A stretch of 64,000 nucleotides of DNA from Centroscyllium fabricii (lineage: Eukaryota). Both the position numbers and the translations under genes were made by a program. The notes under the pieces are model-generated. The model saw only the letters and a program-made list of their open reading frames with translations. It had not been told where the DNA came from and did no database searches. Positions 1-12,259 of this stretch are shown here, piece by piece; the first letter of the stretch is position 1, and each line of letters starts with the position of its first letter. The DNA lies in contig JBNRSN020000029.1 in NCBI GenBank assembly GCA_051313645.2, forward strand, positions 31,620,001 through 31,684,000. The letters run 5' to 3'.

Positions 1-206
1 ATTTTTTTTTCTTCTCCAAAATTGGCTACTTTTTTTAAATCTGTTTTTTCACCTCTCCCAGGTGATCACATTGGTCTGGGCGGGGTGGAGAGTAAAAATA
101 AAATTGAAGTTAGGATCAGATCAGCCATGATCTTGTTGAATGGCGGAGCAGGCTCGAGGGGCCGATTGGCCTACTCATGCTCCTATTTCTTATGTTCTTA
201 TGTTCT
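1..206 (+). mobile_element. Short retroposon with a CR1/HER1 3' tail
   Basis: tcagccatgatcttgttgaatggcggagcaggctcgaggggccg...(ttcttatg)n tail. The upstream part matches the reverse complement of 63325-63500. Confidence 0.75.
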
Positions 207-449
207 CCCCGCTGTCCTGGGGCCAATATTTATCCCTCAACCAACATCACTTAAAAAAAATAAAACCCAGATTATCTGGCCATTATCACATTGCTGTTTG
301 TGAGATTTTGCTGTGCGCAAAAAGGCTGCCACGTTTCCCTACATGACAACAGTGACTACACTACAAAGAAAGCTCTTCATTGGCTGTAAAGCCCTTTGGG
401 ACGTCCTGAGGTTGCGAAAGGCGCTATATAAACACAAGTTCTTTCTTTT
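205..449 (+). mobile_element. DeuSINE 3' fragment
   Basis: Aligns by eye to 5465-5698 (ccaatatttatccctcaaccaacatcac...aaaggcgctatataa). Confidence 0.8.
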
Positions 450-803
450 AATTGCTGAACAATTAAAATCATGAGCCCTAAAATGAAGCAAATTCACCGG
501 CAATGAACGGCGGGAATTATGAATTGGAATAAGAGTGCACAGCTGAAACCATGGCGATAAAAAAAATCAGGATTGCCAACTGCGAACCGATTGGGCCCTG
601 AAATCCCGAGGCTTGGGACGGTGGAAATTACCGCCCGGATCTTCTCCGCCTCTTTATTCAGCCGAGAGTGAGGTCGCTGTACAAACGTGAGTGCTTTCTA
701 CTTTTATATATATATCTAGGACTGAATGAGCTTTCAGAGATAGAGTGGGACAAAATAGTGGAGGGGTTTGAAAACGGGGACGTGGATTTTAAATTGAATG
801 CAC

Positions 804-1445
804 TGGGAGGGAGAAGAGGGGAGGGAGGGGAGGAGGGGAGGGAGGGGTGGAGGGGAGAGAGAGAGGAGGGGTGGAGGGGAGAGAGAGGAGGGGAGAGAGG
901 AGGCGTGGAGGGGAGAGAGAGAGGAGGGGAGAGAGGAGGCGTGGAGGGGAGAGAGAGGGGAGGAAGAGGAGGGGTGAAGGGAGGAAGAGGAGGGGAGAGA
1001 GAGGGGAGGAAGAGGAGGAGGGGTGAAGGGGGAGGAAGAGGAGGAGGGGTGAAGGGGGAGGAAGAGGAGGAGGGGTGAAGGGGGAGGAAGAGGAGGAGGG
1101 GTGAAGGGGAGGAAGAGGAGGAGGGGTGAAGGGGGAGGAAGAGGAGGGGGGAGGAAGAGGAGGGGTGGAGGGAGAGGATGGGTGGAGGGGGGGTGGAGGG
1201 AGAGGATGGGTGGAGGGGGGGTGGAGGGAGAGGATGGGTGGAGGGAGAGGATGGGTGGTGGAGGGAGAGGAGGGGTGGAGGGGAGAGGATGGGTGGTGGA
1301 GGGGAGAGGAGGGGAGAGGAGGGGTGGAGGGGGTGGAGGGGAGAGGGGTGGAGGGGAGAGGAGGGGAGGGGAGAGGAGGGGAGGGGTGGAGGGGAGAGGA
1401 GGGGAGGGGAGGGGAGGGGAGAGGAGGGGAGGGGAGGGGAGGTGT
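804..1445. repeat. Polypurine G/A low-complexity tract
   Basis: Almost exclusively G and A (ggaggg, gagagg). Confidence 0.95.
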
Positions 1446-2012
1446 GGGGGTCTGCAGGGAGCCAATCTAGGTCAATGAGCATGGGACAGGAGTGTTGGGC
1501 GAGCCAGATGATCGGGAGAGGAACTTGGTGCGTGAATTGGCGATGTTGCAGTGTCCAGGGAAGGAAATAATTCTTACTCATGACATTTCTAAACTCCAAC
1601 ATTCATTACAAGAAGCAATCATTTAAATACAGTCCCTAATCAAAGAAAACCAGAAACTCTTAACATCATATACTTATAAGCTCGAAGGAAAGACCCTTTA
1701 ACTTGCAAATAAAGGTTCATATGCAGAATATCTTTCTTACATGGATATATAAACATGTGCTCATTATTGCTCCCTTGTCATTTGAGAAATCTTAAAAAAT
1801 ACCCTCTTTGTAACATATCCTTAAAGGTAATACTCTCTCGTGTAATGCTACCACACATTTAAGAGCTTCTTTGCATTCAGAGAAGCCACACAAACATCCT
1901 CACAAGGAACACATTCTCTCCTGTGTCGCTGCCAAAATCCACAGAGAGCAGCATTGACCCCTCTCCACAACAGGAGCAATAATCCACACTGGTCCAGCCA
2001 CGAAAAGCACCG

Positions 2013-2200
2013 TGGGTTCAGTTTAACCTAACTTGCCGGGTAGGAATGCCATGGAATCGGCGGAACGTCGGTTTTACACCCCATTAATCTCCGCTGACTT
2101 CACTAAAATCGGAACAGGGTGTAAAAGCGGCTCTGCCCCCCCGGCCCCAATATTCCCATCCCATCAGTTTCCCGATGGACGGGTTGGGTTAAAATTACTC
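2013..2200. mobile_element. MITE-like non-autonomous DNA element
   Basis: Imperfect terminal inverted repeats (gggttcagtttaacctaac / gttgggttaaaattactc) and an internal ttttacacc/ggtgtaaaa inversion. An inverted homolog spans 52953-52991 and 54640-54763, split by a CR1. Confidence 0.6.
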
Positions 2201-2344
2201 GCCATTGGCTGCCCCCTGGTGCCTGCGGATCCACACAGACGCTGGGTGCAAGGGAACTGAAAGTGGGACGCTTGATAGTCTGGCAGCAGGAACCCAAAGG
2301 CAAGTCACAGAGAAGCACCCAGCTGCTCCCCATTGCTAGCGGGC

Positions 2345-3160
2345 AGGTGTGGAGTGCGGTCGGGGGTGGGGGAGCTGGAGAGTAGTGGTGAGGTGGAGGT
2401 GCAGAGTGGGGAAGGAAGGGGTTGGGGATGGGGTTGGGGGCATGAGGTTGGAGTGGGTGTAGGGAGTTAAAGTGGGGGGGGTGGCGGGTGAGGCTAAAGG
2501 GGTGGAGGTGGGGGGATAGAACATGGGGATAATGGTTTGGGGCTGGAGGATGATGTTGGGGGATGTCGGGTTGGGGTGGTCGATGGGTGTAGGGGTGAGG
2601 GCTTGGGGCTGGGGAGGGTTGGGGGATGTAAGGGGTTGTGGTGGTTGATGGGTTGGGGTGTGGGGGTAAGGGCTTGGGAGGGTTGGGGGATGTAAGGGAT
2701 TGTGGTGGTTGATGGGTTGGGGTGTAGGGTGTGGGGGTAAGGGCTTGGGAGGGTTGGGGGATGTAAGGGGTTGTGGTGGTTGATGGGTTGGGGTGTGGGG
2801 TGTGGGGGTAAGGGCTTGGGAGGGTTGGGGGATGTAAGGGGTTGTGGTGGTTGATGGGTTGGGGTGTAGGGTGTGGGGGTAAGGGCTTGGGAGGGTTGGG
2901 GGATGTAAGGGGTTGTGGTGGTTGATGGGTTGGGGTGTAGGGTGTGGGGGTAAGGGCTTGGGAGGGTTGGGGGATGTAAGGGATTGTGGTGGTTGATGGG
3001 TTGGGGTGGGGGGTGAGGGCTTGGGGAGGGTTGGGGGATGTCAAGTTGGGGTGGTCGATGGGCTGGGTTAAGGAGTTGGGGTGTGGGTGAGGGTTGGGGG
3101 ATGAGGTTGGGGATGTCGGGTTGGGGTGGTCGATGGGTGGGGGTTACGGTGGTGTGGGGG
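2345..3160. repeat. G-rich tract including a ~71-bp tandem repeat (~2600-3040)
   Basis: gtggttgatg recurs at 2705, 2776, 2847, 2918 and 2989; dense G3-G5 runs. Confidence 0.92.
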
Positions 3161-3604
3161 CATGAGAGGCGAGTGGAAGAGGCGATTCGTGCAACGGATA
3201 CAAACAGATCAAACTGGACCATGACTCGGAAACTGAACAGACCTGTGGCGAACGTCAGGAATCAATGAAGCGAACGCGGTTGTCTCAGGTTGTAAAAGGT
3301 GGGGCGAGAGGGGTCGAACACACTTGCGTCCCCCGCCGGAGCGTTTAAACTGTACAGATCACATTTTTCTTTTTTAAACAGCCAGCCTAGAAACACGGGG
3401 AGCGAATTGCTGAACACCCTTTGTTGAAATTTCCCATCACGTCGACCGGAACGTCCGACACGTACTCGAAACCACACCTTCGTTGAGAAAAAAAAATGAA
3501 ATCTTTCCACAATGCTGTATCAAAATATACACACAAGGGTATATATTTTCTGTGAAAAATATACAGGCTCCTGAATCGTGATATGTTTTGGTAAACTGGA
3601 AGTT

Positions 3605-4149
3605 CTATAAGCGCGGGACGCACAGCTTTAGCGGCTCAGCGTTTTTACCGCCGTCGCTCTCGCCTGGGCTAAAGTAAGGGAAGAGTTTCTCGTTGAACGT
3701 GTCGGTGAAGGTGTAGATGACGGACATGTCGTCGGCGTCATAGAAGGAGACATGACCCTTCTCGTAGTCCAAGAAGACCCCGATCATCTTGGGTTTGACC
3801 CGGAGCGACAGGAAGGCCGAGGGCGTGGATAGGGCCTCGTATTCGTTGCCGTTACGCAGCCAGATAGTCCAGAACCCGTCCTCAGGCGACAGAATGATGT
3901 TCCCCTTACGGTTGACCGACTCCTTGGCCAGGCCCACGTCCCACATGGTCTTGCTGCCCACCTCCACCTGCCAGTAATGCCTGCCGGAGCTGAAGCCCTG
4001 GGCGGAGAGCACGCTGACACAGTCGTCGAAGCGCTCAGGGTTGTCAGGGAGGTCTTGCCACGTGTCGCTGAGCTGCACGCTCCTGAAGTCTTCGGAGATC
4101 AAGAGCTCGGGGTGCGCCGTGTTGGGTTCAAGGGTCAGGGCGGCCGGGA
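3605..4149 (-). CDS. TRIM-family gene, terminal PRY-SPRY (B30.2) exon (TRIM39/TRIM69/A33-like)
   Basis: After the acceptor ctctttccatccctcactcag (phase 1) it reads (V)[20 protein letters not shown]...PDNPERFD...[19 protein letters not shown]...[14 protein letters not shown]...[10 protein letters not shown]...[16 protein letters not shown]...[17 protein letters not shown], with stop TAG at 3607-3605. These are canonical B30.2 motifs. Confidence 0.95.
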
Positions 4150-4387
4150 CTGAGTGAGGGATGGAAAGAGAAGATGGGTGTTACTTTCAATGGATGTGCT
4201 ACCTTGCCCCTCTTCTCACTAAACCCCTCCCATCCACGCCCAGACAAAAGGGAGAGACAACCCGTGGGCAACGGAAAGAATGACGGCCTTTTGCCACCTT
4301 GTCCATCTGGTTGTTAGACAGACACTTTTGGATGGATTTGGGCCCATTACTTTTAAAGTGTCAGCCTTGGCTCAGTGGGTAACACTC

Positions 4388-5200
4388 ATAGAAACATAGA
4401 AGATAGGAGCAGGAGTAGGCCATTTGGCCCCTCGAGCCTGCTACGCCATTCAATGAGATCATGGCTGATCATCCAAACTCAGTACCCTGTTCCTGCCTTC
4501 ACCCCATATCCCTTGATCCCTTTAGCCTTAAGAAATCTATCTAACTCCTTCTTGAATATATTTAATGAACTGGCCTCCACCGCCCTCTGTGGTAGAGAAT
4601 TCCACAGGTTCACCACTCTCTGGGTGAAGAAATTCCTCCTCATCTCAGTCTGAAATGGCTTACCCCTTATCGTTAGACTGTGACCCCTGGTCTGAACTCC
4701 CCCGCCATCGGGAACATCCTTCCTGTATCTAGTCTGTCCAGGCCTGACAGAATTTTATAGGTTTCAATGAGATCTCCTCTCAATCTTCTAAATTCCAGTG
4801 AGTATAAGCCCAATTGACACAATCTCTCCTCATACGTCATTCCTGCCATCCCAGGTATCAGTCTGTTGAATCTTCGCTGCACTCCCTCCATGGCAAGAAC
4901 ATCCTTCCTCAGATAAGGCAACCAAAACTGCACACAGTACTCGAGGTGTGATCTCACCAAGGCCCTGTACAACTGCAACAAGACATCCTTGTTCCTGTAC
5001 TCAAACCCTCTCGCTACAAAGGCCAACATACCATTTGCCTTCTTAACCACCTGCCGCACCTGCATGCTTACCTTCAGCAACTGGTGCACAAGAACACTCA
5101 GGTCTCGTTGCACTTCCCCTTCTCCCAACCTGTTGCCATTCAAATAATAATCTACCTTCCTGTTTTTGCCACCAAAGTGGATAGCCTCACATTTATCCAT
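4388..5200 (-). mobile_element. 5'-truncated CR1/HER1 LINE
   Basis: ORF2 C-terminus (KCEAIHFG...LEYCVQFW...LGLYSLEFRRLRGDLIE) and an (atgtttct)n tail at 4388. Confidence 0.92.
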
Positions 5201-5234
5201 TTTTGGCTGGTTTTGGGCTCCTTACTTTGAAAGT

Positions 5235-5698
5235 GTCAGCCTTGGCTCAGTGGGTAACACTCTTGCCTCTGAGTCAGAAGGTCGTGGGTTCAAGCCCCCA
5301 CTCCAGAGACTTGAGTGCGTGTTCCGGGCTGACAGTCCAAGCGCAGTACTGAGGGAGTGCTGCACTGTCGGAGGTGCTGTCTTTTGGATGGGACATTAAA
5401 CGAAGCCCCGTCTGCCCTCTCGGGCAGATGTAAAAGATTTCAAAGCAGAGCAGGGGAGATCTCCCCAGTGTCCGAGCCAATTATTTATCCCTCAACCAAC
5501 ATCATTACAACAAATTATGTGGCCATTATCACATTGCTGTTTGCTGTTGGGAGCTTGCTGTGTGCAAATTGGCTACCGCGATTCCTATATTACAACAGTG
5601 ACTACACTTCAAAAAAGTACCTCATTGGCTGTGAAGGGCTTTGGGACATCCTGAGGTTGTGAAAGGTGCTGTATAAATGCAAATCTTTCATTCTTTTT
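5235..5698 (+). mobile_element. tRNA-derived DeuSINE (SacSINE1/AmnSINE2-like), near full length
   Basis: A-box tggctcagtggg and B-box ggttcaagccc, Deu-domain-like core (gagggagtgctgcactgtcggaggtg...ggatg), and a 3' end gaaaggtgctgtataaatgcaa followed by ttc repeats. Confidence 0.8.
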
Positions 5699-5785
5699 GC
5701 TTTTCTTTTATTCCTCCTTTCCCACACCGCCCCCTCCTCCTTTTCTCTGCCTCTGTACTTGCTTAAAAGCTGTTAAATCTCTTCC

Positions 5786-5822
5786 AGTTCTGATGAAAGG
5801 TCATCGACCTGAAACGTTAACT
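5786..5822 (+). ncRNA. Minimal type-I hammerhead ribozyme motif in a Penelope-like element remnant
   Basis: agtt-CTGATGA-a-AGGTC-atc-GACCT-GAAA-cg-T-T-aact: conserved core, 5-bp stem II, palindromic AACGTT stem III and 4-bp stem I. It is followed by the cagatgctgcc...cctgctgagt...ccagca tail typical of these repeats. Confidence 0.7.
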
Positions 5823-5882
5823 CTCGCTCTCTCTTTCCACAGATGCTGCCCGGACCTGCTGAGTATTTTCCAGCATGGTCTG

Positions 5883-6156
5883 TGTGGTAAACCACTGTAT
5901 ATATTGTATATATGTCTCCCCCTTGTGTCCCCTCCCTGTAACTGTACTGTAACGCCTCCTTGCCAGGGAGGACTCACCTGGGAGGACTCCGCTCCTCGGC
6001 TTCCTCCCCAGGCTCCGCCCACTGGGTATAAAAGTGCTAGCACACCTGAGTGCTCTCACTACAGCTTGGAAGATCATCGGACCTGTGTCCACTTCTATGT
6101 TAATAAAAGCCTCGATTACATCTGACCATCGACTGGTAGTAATTGATTGTGCATCA
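5883..6156 (+). mobile_element. Solo LTR
   Basis: TG...CA ends, TSD GTCTG (5878-5882 and 6157-6161), TATAAAA near 6027 and AATAAA near 6102. It interrupts a Penelope-like tail. Confidence 0.85.
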
Positions 6157-6345
6157 GTCTGTTTTTACTTTGACCCTCAATCCTCGCTCAGTCAACATCG
6201 ACAGCCGGCCAAGCCTTAGGTGAAGCCCCAGAGGTCCATGGAACAGCAAGGCCCACGTGTAATTGGCCATTGGTATCAGGGTCATATCATTAGATCGAGC
6301 AGGAAAACAAATAATTCTCTTCCACCACAAGCAAGATGATGTTAC

Positions 6346-6461
6346 CTGGACTGATGACACTTAACATCCGTCTCCACACGATGAGCTGTAGGGGACCGCC
6401 AAACTCGCCAAGAAGCAGCTTGAGAGGAACTTCAGCTGGTTTCTTAAACTTCATGTAGGAC
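6346..6461 (-). CDS. TRIM gene 116-bp linker exon
   Basis: ttcaaag|G TCC TAC ATG...SYMKFKKPAEVPLKLLLGEFGGPLQLIVWRRMLSVISP G|gtaac. The size, the phase 2 to phase 1 ends and the LGEFxGPLQxxVWxxM motif are typical of the exon before PRY-SPRY. It splices in frame to 4149. Confidence 0.9.
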
Positions 6462-6527
6462 CTTTGAAGGAATAGAATTTATTTTGAAAATTATAACAAA
6501 TTTTCTTCCTCCTTTAAACGTCCATCG

Positions 6528-7285
6528 CCAATAGTGAGATTAACCAGAACCCAGTCACCTCCAATAATGAGGTTAACCTGAACCCAGTCACCTCAATAAT
6601 GAGGTTCACCAGAACCCAGTCATCTCCAATAGTGAGATTAACCAGAACCCAGTTACCTCCAATAATGAGGTTAACCAGAACCCAGTCATCTCCAATAATG
6701 AGGTTAACCAGAACCCAGTCATCTCCAATAGTGAGGTTAACCAGAACCCAGTCATCTCCAATAATGAGATTAACCAGAACTCAGTCATCTCCAATAGTGA
6801 GATTAATCAGAACCCAGTCATCTCCAATAGTGAGATTAATCAGACCCAGTCATCTCCAATAGTGAGATTAATCAGACCCAGTCATCTCCAATAGTGAGGT
6901 TAACCAGAACCCAGTCATCTCCAATAGTGAGATTAACCAGAACCCAGTCACCTCCAATAATGAGGTTAACCAGAACCCAGTCATCTCCAATAGTGAGATT
7001 AATCAGAACCCAGTCATCTCCAATGGTGAGGTTAAACAGAACCCAGTCATCTCCAATAGTGAGATTAACCAGAACCCAGTCACCTCCAATAGTGAGATTA
7101 ACCAGAACCCAGTCATCTCCAATAGTGAGATTAATCAGAACCCAGTCACCTCCAATAATGAGGTTAACCAGAACCCAGTCAACTCCAATAGTGAGGTTAA
7201 CCAGAACCCGATCATCTCCAATAATGAGGTTAACCAGAACCCAGTCATCTCCAATAGTGAGATTAACCAGAACCCAGTCATCTCC
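6528..7285. repeat. 33-bp minisatellite (ccaatagtgagattaaccagaacccagtcatct)
   Basis: About 23 visible copies running into the gap. Confidence 0.97.
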
Positions 7286-7485
7286 NNNNNNNNNNNNNNN
7301 NNNNNNNNNNNNNNNNNNNNNNNNNNNNNNNNNNNNNNNNNNNNNNNNNNNNNNNNNNNNNNNNNNNNNNNNNNNNNNNNNNNNNNNNNNNNNNNNNNNN
7401 NNNNNNNNNNNNNNNNNNNNNNNNNNNNNNNNNNNNNNNNNNNNNNNNNNNNNNNNNNNNNNNNNNNNNNNNNNNNNNNNNNNNN
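7286..7485. other. Assembly gap (200 N)
   Basis: Run of N between two different minisatellites. The round size suggests a placeholder of unknown true length. Confidence 0.99.
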
Positions 7486-8760
7486 CCGTTCAAACCTGTC
7501 CACTCCCCTAGGAAACCTGTTCAAACCTGTCCACTCCCCTAGGAAACCTGTTCAAACCTGTCCAATCGCATAGGAAACCTGTTCAAACCTGTCCACTCCC
7601 CTAGGAAACCTGTTCAAACCTGTCCAATCGCATAGGAAACCTGTTCAAATCTGTCCAAACTCACAGGAAATTGTCCAATCCTTTAGGAAACCTGTTCAAA
7701 CCTGTCCAATCCCATAGGAAACCTGGTCAGACCTGTCCAATCTCATAGGAAACCTGTTCAAACCTATCTAATCCTTTAGGAAACCTGTTCAGACCTGTCC
7801 AAACCCATAGGAAACCTGTTCAAACCTGTCCAATCCCATAGGAAACCTGTTCAAACCTGTCCACACCCCTAGGAAACCTGTTCAAACCTGTCCAATCTCA
7901 TAGGAAACCTGTTCAAACCTGTCCACTCCCCTAGGAAATCTGTTCAAACCTGTCCAATCTCATAGGAAACCTGTTCAAACCTGTCCACTCCCCTAGGAAA
8001 CCTGTTCAAACCTGTCCAATCTCATAGGAAACCTGTTCAAACCTGTCCAATCCCATAGGAAACCTGTTCAAACCTGTCGAATGTCATATGAAACCCGTTC
8101 AAACCTGTCCACTCCCATAGGAAACCTGTTCAAACCTGTCCAAACCCATAGGAAACCTGTTCAAACCTGTCCAATCACATAGGAAACCATTCCAATCCCT
8201 TAGGAAACCTGTCCAATCCCTTAGGAAACCTGTTCAAACCTGTCCAATCCCGTAGGAAACCTGTTCAAACCGGTCGAATGTCATATGAAACCCGTTCAAA
8301 CCTGTCCACTCCCCTAGGAAACCTATTCAAACCTGTCCAATCCCATAGGAAACCATTCCAAACCCTTAGGAAACCTGTCCAATCCCTTAGGAAACCTGTT
8401 CAAACCTGTCCCATCCCATAGGAGACCTCTCCAATCCCGTAGGAACCTGCTCCAACCTGTCCAATCCCATAGGAAACCTGTCCAATCCCTTAGGAAACCT
8501 GTTCAAACCTGTCCAATCCTGTAGGAAACCTGTTCAAACCTGTCCAATCCCATAGGAAACCTGTCCAATCTCTTAGGAAACCTGTTCAAACCTGTCCACT
8601 CCCGTAGGAAATTGTTCAATCCCTCAGGAAACCTGCTCAAAGCTGTCCAATCCCATAGCAAATTGTCCAATCCCTTAGGAAACCTGTTCAAACCTTCCCA
8701 ATCCCATAAGGAATTGTCCAATCCCTTAGGAAACCTGCTCAAAGCTGTCTAATCCCATAA
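7486..8760. repeat. 31-bp minisatellite (aaacctgtccaatcccataggaaacctgttc) with 21-bp variants
   Basis: Period 31 (7501 and 7532); shorter units appear towards the right end. Confidence 0.97.
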
Positions 8761-9010
8761 GACACACCCATAGCCCCCCCCCCCCCCCCAGCATCAAACT
8801 AATGCCAATTCCATTAAAAAGGGGTCTTGGTATCAGAGAGAAAGACTTGAACAAATAAGAGAGTGGAGCGGCCCCATCAGTCTGACTCTGATGTGCGTCT
8901 GAGGAGAAGGCTCATGCAAGTGTGTATGGGACATGATGAAGGAATAGCACGCGTGAGAAGTATTGTGTGAGATGTATAGACCAACTCTACTCTCTACATC
9001 GTCCACTTAC

Positions 9011-9039
9011 ACAGGAGGTATCCGTGCTGGGGCTGCAGG
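9011..9039 (-). CDS. Candidate 29-bp microexon of the TRIM gene
   Basis: cctttcacctttcag|CCTGCAGCCCCAGCACGGATACCTCCTGT|gtaagt. Good splice signals, and the phase 0 to phase 2 ends match what is needed, but the peptide (PAAPARIPPV) is not TRIM-typical. Confidence 0.25.
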
Positions 9040-10634
9040 CTGAAAGGTGAAAGGTTTACTTGTGTTCAAGGTCAATAACTCCATAGACAACACGGTCAAG
9101 AGGAACATTACAAGCACGGCTGCACACCCACACATATTGCGCGCGCACACACACAAGCATACGCTCTCCGATGGTGCGCACATCTACGTCCATATTTCAT
9201 GCACACATTCACGGAGATGCACTTACACACGATTGTGCGCACACACAGACACACGCTCCCATTCCATCGTCCACGCACTCTTACACTTGCCTGCTCGCTC
9301 TCACAAAAGTGCATTAGCATCCACACACGCACTTACTCATACATAATCTGCACATACAGGCGTGCAAACACACGTGGGCACATGTGCAAATGCACATGCG
9401 CAGGCATATCGGGGCAGGTTTACAACTTGCTGCCCGGGTGTAAAACTGCCATTGGCGACCGATTGCCGCGGCTGCCGAAAGCGACAGAAACGGACCTCGG
9501 GCGGTTTCTATAACGGGTGACTGATCCCGCAGTGCCAGTTTGATGCCCGGGCAGCGCTTTCAAAAATCTCGCCCGTAGGTTCTGAAATTCCATGGGAGAA
9601 CTGACACCGCCCACCGCCCCACACCGGAAATGGTGTAAAACATCTGGAAAACCCGTGCGAACCCCTGGCGATTCCGCCGGCGAGTTCACGTCCGCAAAGG
9701 GTCGGGCGGGTGCAAGCCCCGCCCACGTACGTTCGCCAAGAGAAGGACTCTGCCCCAATGCGTGTGCCCGTTGAATGCAGTGATGAACAAGTGGGCGACA
9801 CCGCCGTCAAAGCGAAGAGGGTCGGGGAAGCTCCCTGCGCCGGGAGGTCCTGCTCTCTCGGTTTAGTCGAGGGCGGCTGTATTATTGGAGGCTCAGCGAA
9901 GGAAGGCCAGGATGCCAACTCACGTCGGGCCTAATCCTGGAGGTTTCATCACATGACCTCCTACTCGAACCGCCCCGCCCCTACACTCCCGCCATTGGTC
10001 CATCGTCCAAGCGCACTGTCTTCCCAGCCAATTGGAAAGGGAACAGACTCTTTGATACCCAAATGGATTTACCCCTGAGTCTGAGGCAAACAGTCTTCTT
10101 TTTTTAAAACTCCATCTCCAATAATTTCTTAACCAATAAATGAAAATGTTTTAAAGAAAATGAATAAAATACCATTTTTATTAAGGTCCCTATGAGTTTT
10201 CTCTCCTGGGGCTTGCTGGCAGCTGCATCCTGACAAATAATCTTTCATTCCTGGGGACTCCAGCACAGTCCTGGAGGGAAGTGAGACATACCAGCCTCCA
10301 GATAGACACTAGTGGGCATCATGGGATGCGGGTGGAGGGGAGCTTGGGGAGTGCGGTTCCAGGCCGGGGAAGTGTGCTGGGTGTCTAAAGGTGGGTAAGT
10401 GGCTTTTTATTTTAACGCAGGAGACCAAGGGGCAGGTGGTGGGGCGGGGGCGGGGGCGGGGGGACACCGTGGGTTATTGGGGGGTGGGGGCGATGGAAGG
10501 GGGGGTAATGGGTGCACAATCATCTCCTGATGACAGGCAGATGCCGGATCGTCCGGCTGTGCAGGGCGCGCGGGTACCAGAAGGGTGGCACGGGCACCGA
10601 CTGGCCCTGCGGTGAATGGGGTGTGCCCTCCCCA

Positions 10635-11121
10635 CACTAGATTGATTCCCGGGATGAAAGGGTTGTCCTATGAGGAGAGGTTGTGTAGACTGGGCCTATT
10701 CTCTCTGGAGTTTAGAAGAATGAGAGGTGATCTCATTGAAATCTATCAGATTCTGAAGGGGATTGACAGGGTAGATGCCGAGAGGTTGTTTCCCCTGGCT
10801 GGAGTGTCTAGAACTAGGGGGCATAGTCTCAGGATAAGGGGGCGGCCATTTAAGACTGAGATGAGGAGGAATTTCTTCACTCAGAGGGTTGTGAATCTTT
10901 GGAATTCTCTGCCCCAGAGGACTGTGGATGCTGAGTCTTTGAGTATATTCAAGCCTGAGATCGATAGATTTTTGGACTCCAGGGGAATCGAGGGATATGG
11001 TAATCGGGCGGGAAAGTGGAGTTGAGTTCGATGATCAGTCATGATCCCATTGAATGACGGAGCAGGCTCGAGGGACCATATGGCCGACTCCTGCTCCTAT
11101 ATCTTATGCTGTTATGTTCTT
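10635..11121 (+). mobile_element. 5'-truncated CR1 LINE
   Basis: RLIPGMKGLSYEERL...RRMRGDLIE...FFTQRVVNLWNSLP, followed by 3' UTR and tail. Confidence 0.9.
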
Positions 11122-11235
11122 GTACCCCACAAACCCCTGCAGGAGGGCACAAGGAGTGGAGATCCTTTTGAACCCCTAATTCACCGCCTGCTAGCGTCTC
11201 AAAAGTCAATTGAATGTGATGCTACCGTACATCTC

Positions 11236-11910
11236 CACAGCCAGGGCACAGCATTCAACACTGGACTCAGCCAGGGCACAACATTCAATGCCACAGCCAG
11301 GGCACAGCATTCAATGCCAGGCACAGCCAGGGCACAGCATTCAACACTGGGCACAGCCAGGGCACAGCATTCAACACTGGGCACAGCCAGGGCACAGCAT
11401 TCAGCACCGGGCACAGCCAGCACACAGCATTCAACACCGGGCATAGCCAGGGCACAGCATTCAACACTGGGCACAGCCAGGGCACAGCATTCAGCACCGG
11501 GCACAGCCAGCACACAGCATTCAACACCGGGCACAGCCAGGGCGCAGCATTCAGCACTGGGCACAGCCAGGGCGCAGCATTCAATGCCAGGCACAGCCAG
11601 GGCACAGCATTCAAAACTGGGCACAGCCAGAGCACAACATTCAATGCCAGGCACAGCCAGAGCACAGCATTCAGCACCGGGCACAGCCAGGGCACAGCAT
11701 TCAACACTGGGCACAGCCAGGGCACAGCATTCAACACTAGGCACTGTGTGGGCACAGCATTCAACACTGGGCACAGCCAGGATACAGCATTCAACACTGG
11801 GCACAGCCAGGACACAGCATTCAACACTGGGCACTGTGTAGGCACAACATTCAATGCCAGGCACAGCGTTCAACGTCGGGCACAGCGTTCAACGTCGAGC
11901 ACAGCCAGGG
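11236..11910. repeat. 30-bp minisatellite (gcacagccagggcacagcattcaacactgg)
   Basis: About 20 copies in perfect 30-bp register. Confidence 0.97.
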
Positions 11911-12259
11911 CACCGCATTGAACACCGGGCTAATCTTACCTGGCTGCAGCTGGTGTTACAAGCTTTCGCTTGGCTGTACCTGCCTGTCTCTGGCACAGCC
12001 TGGTGTTGCCTGGCTCCGCCGGTCTTTATTGGCAGCACTAGATATCAGACGAGAAACCAATTTTACCCAGTGCCACCCACTAAACCCTGGCTGTCTCCGG
12101 GCCACCTGGTTTTGCTTCTTCGACCTGGCTGTGTCTGATTCCACCTGTTTTTTGCCTGACCAGACCGGTTTCATCTGAACAATCCTGGCTTGGTTTGCTC
12201 AGGAACATGAGGGGAACCAACACCCCTTCCCTCTGACCAGCAAGAATGATACCGGAACT

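Noticed and set aside
658-3222. Pro-rich and Gly/Arg-rich ORFs (extensin- or formin-like)
   Set aside because: Translations of low-complexity G-rich tracts, open in multiple frames.
5235-5305. tRNA gene
   Set aside because: The A and B boxes belong to a SINE head that continues into the Deu domain, and no complete acceptor stem is evident.
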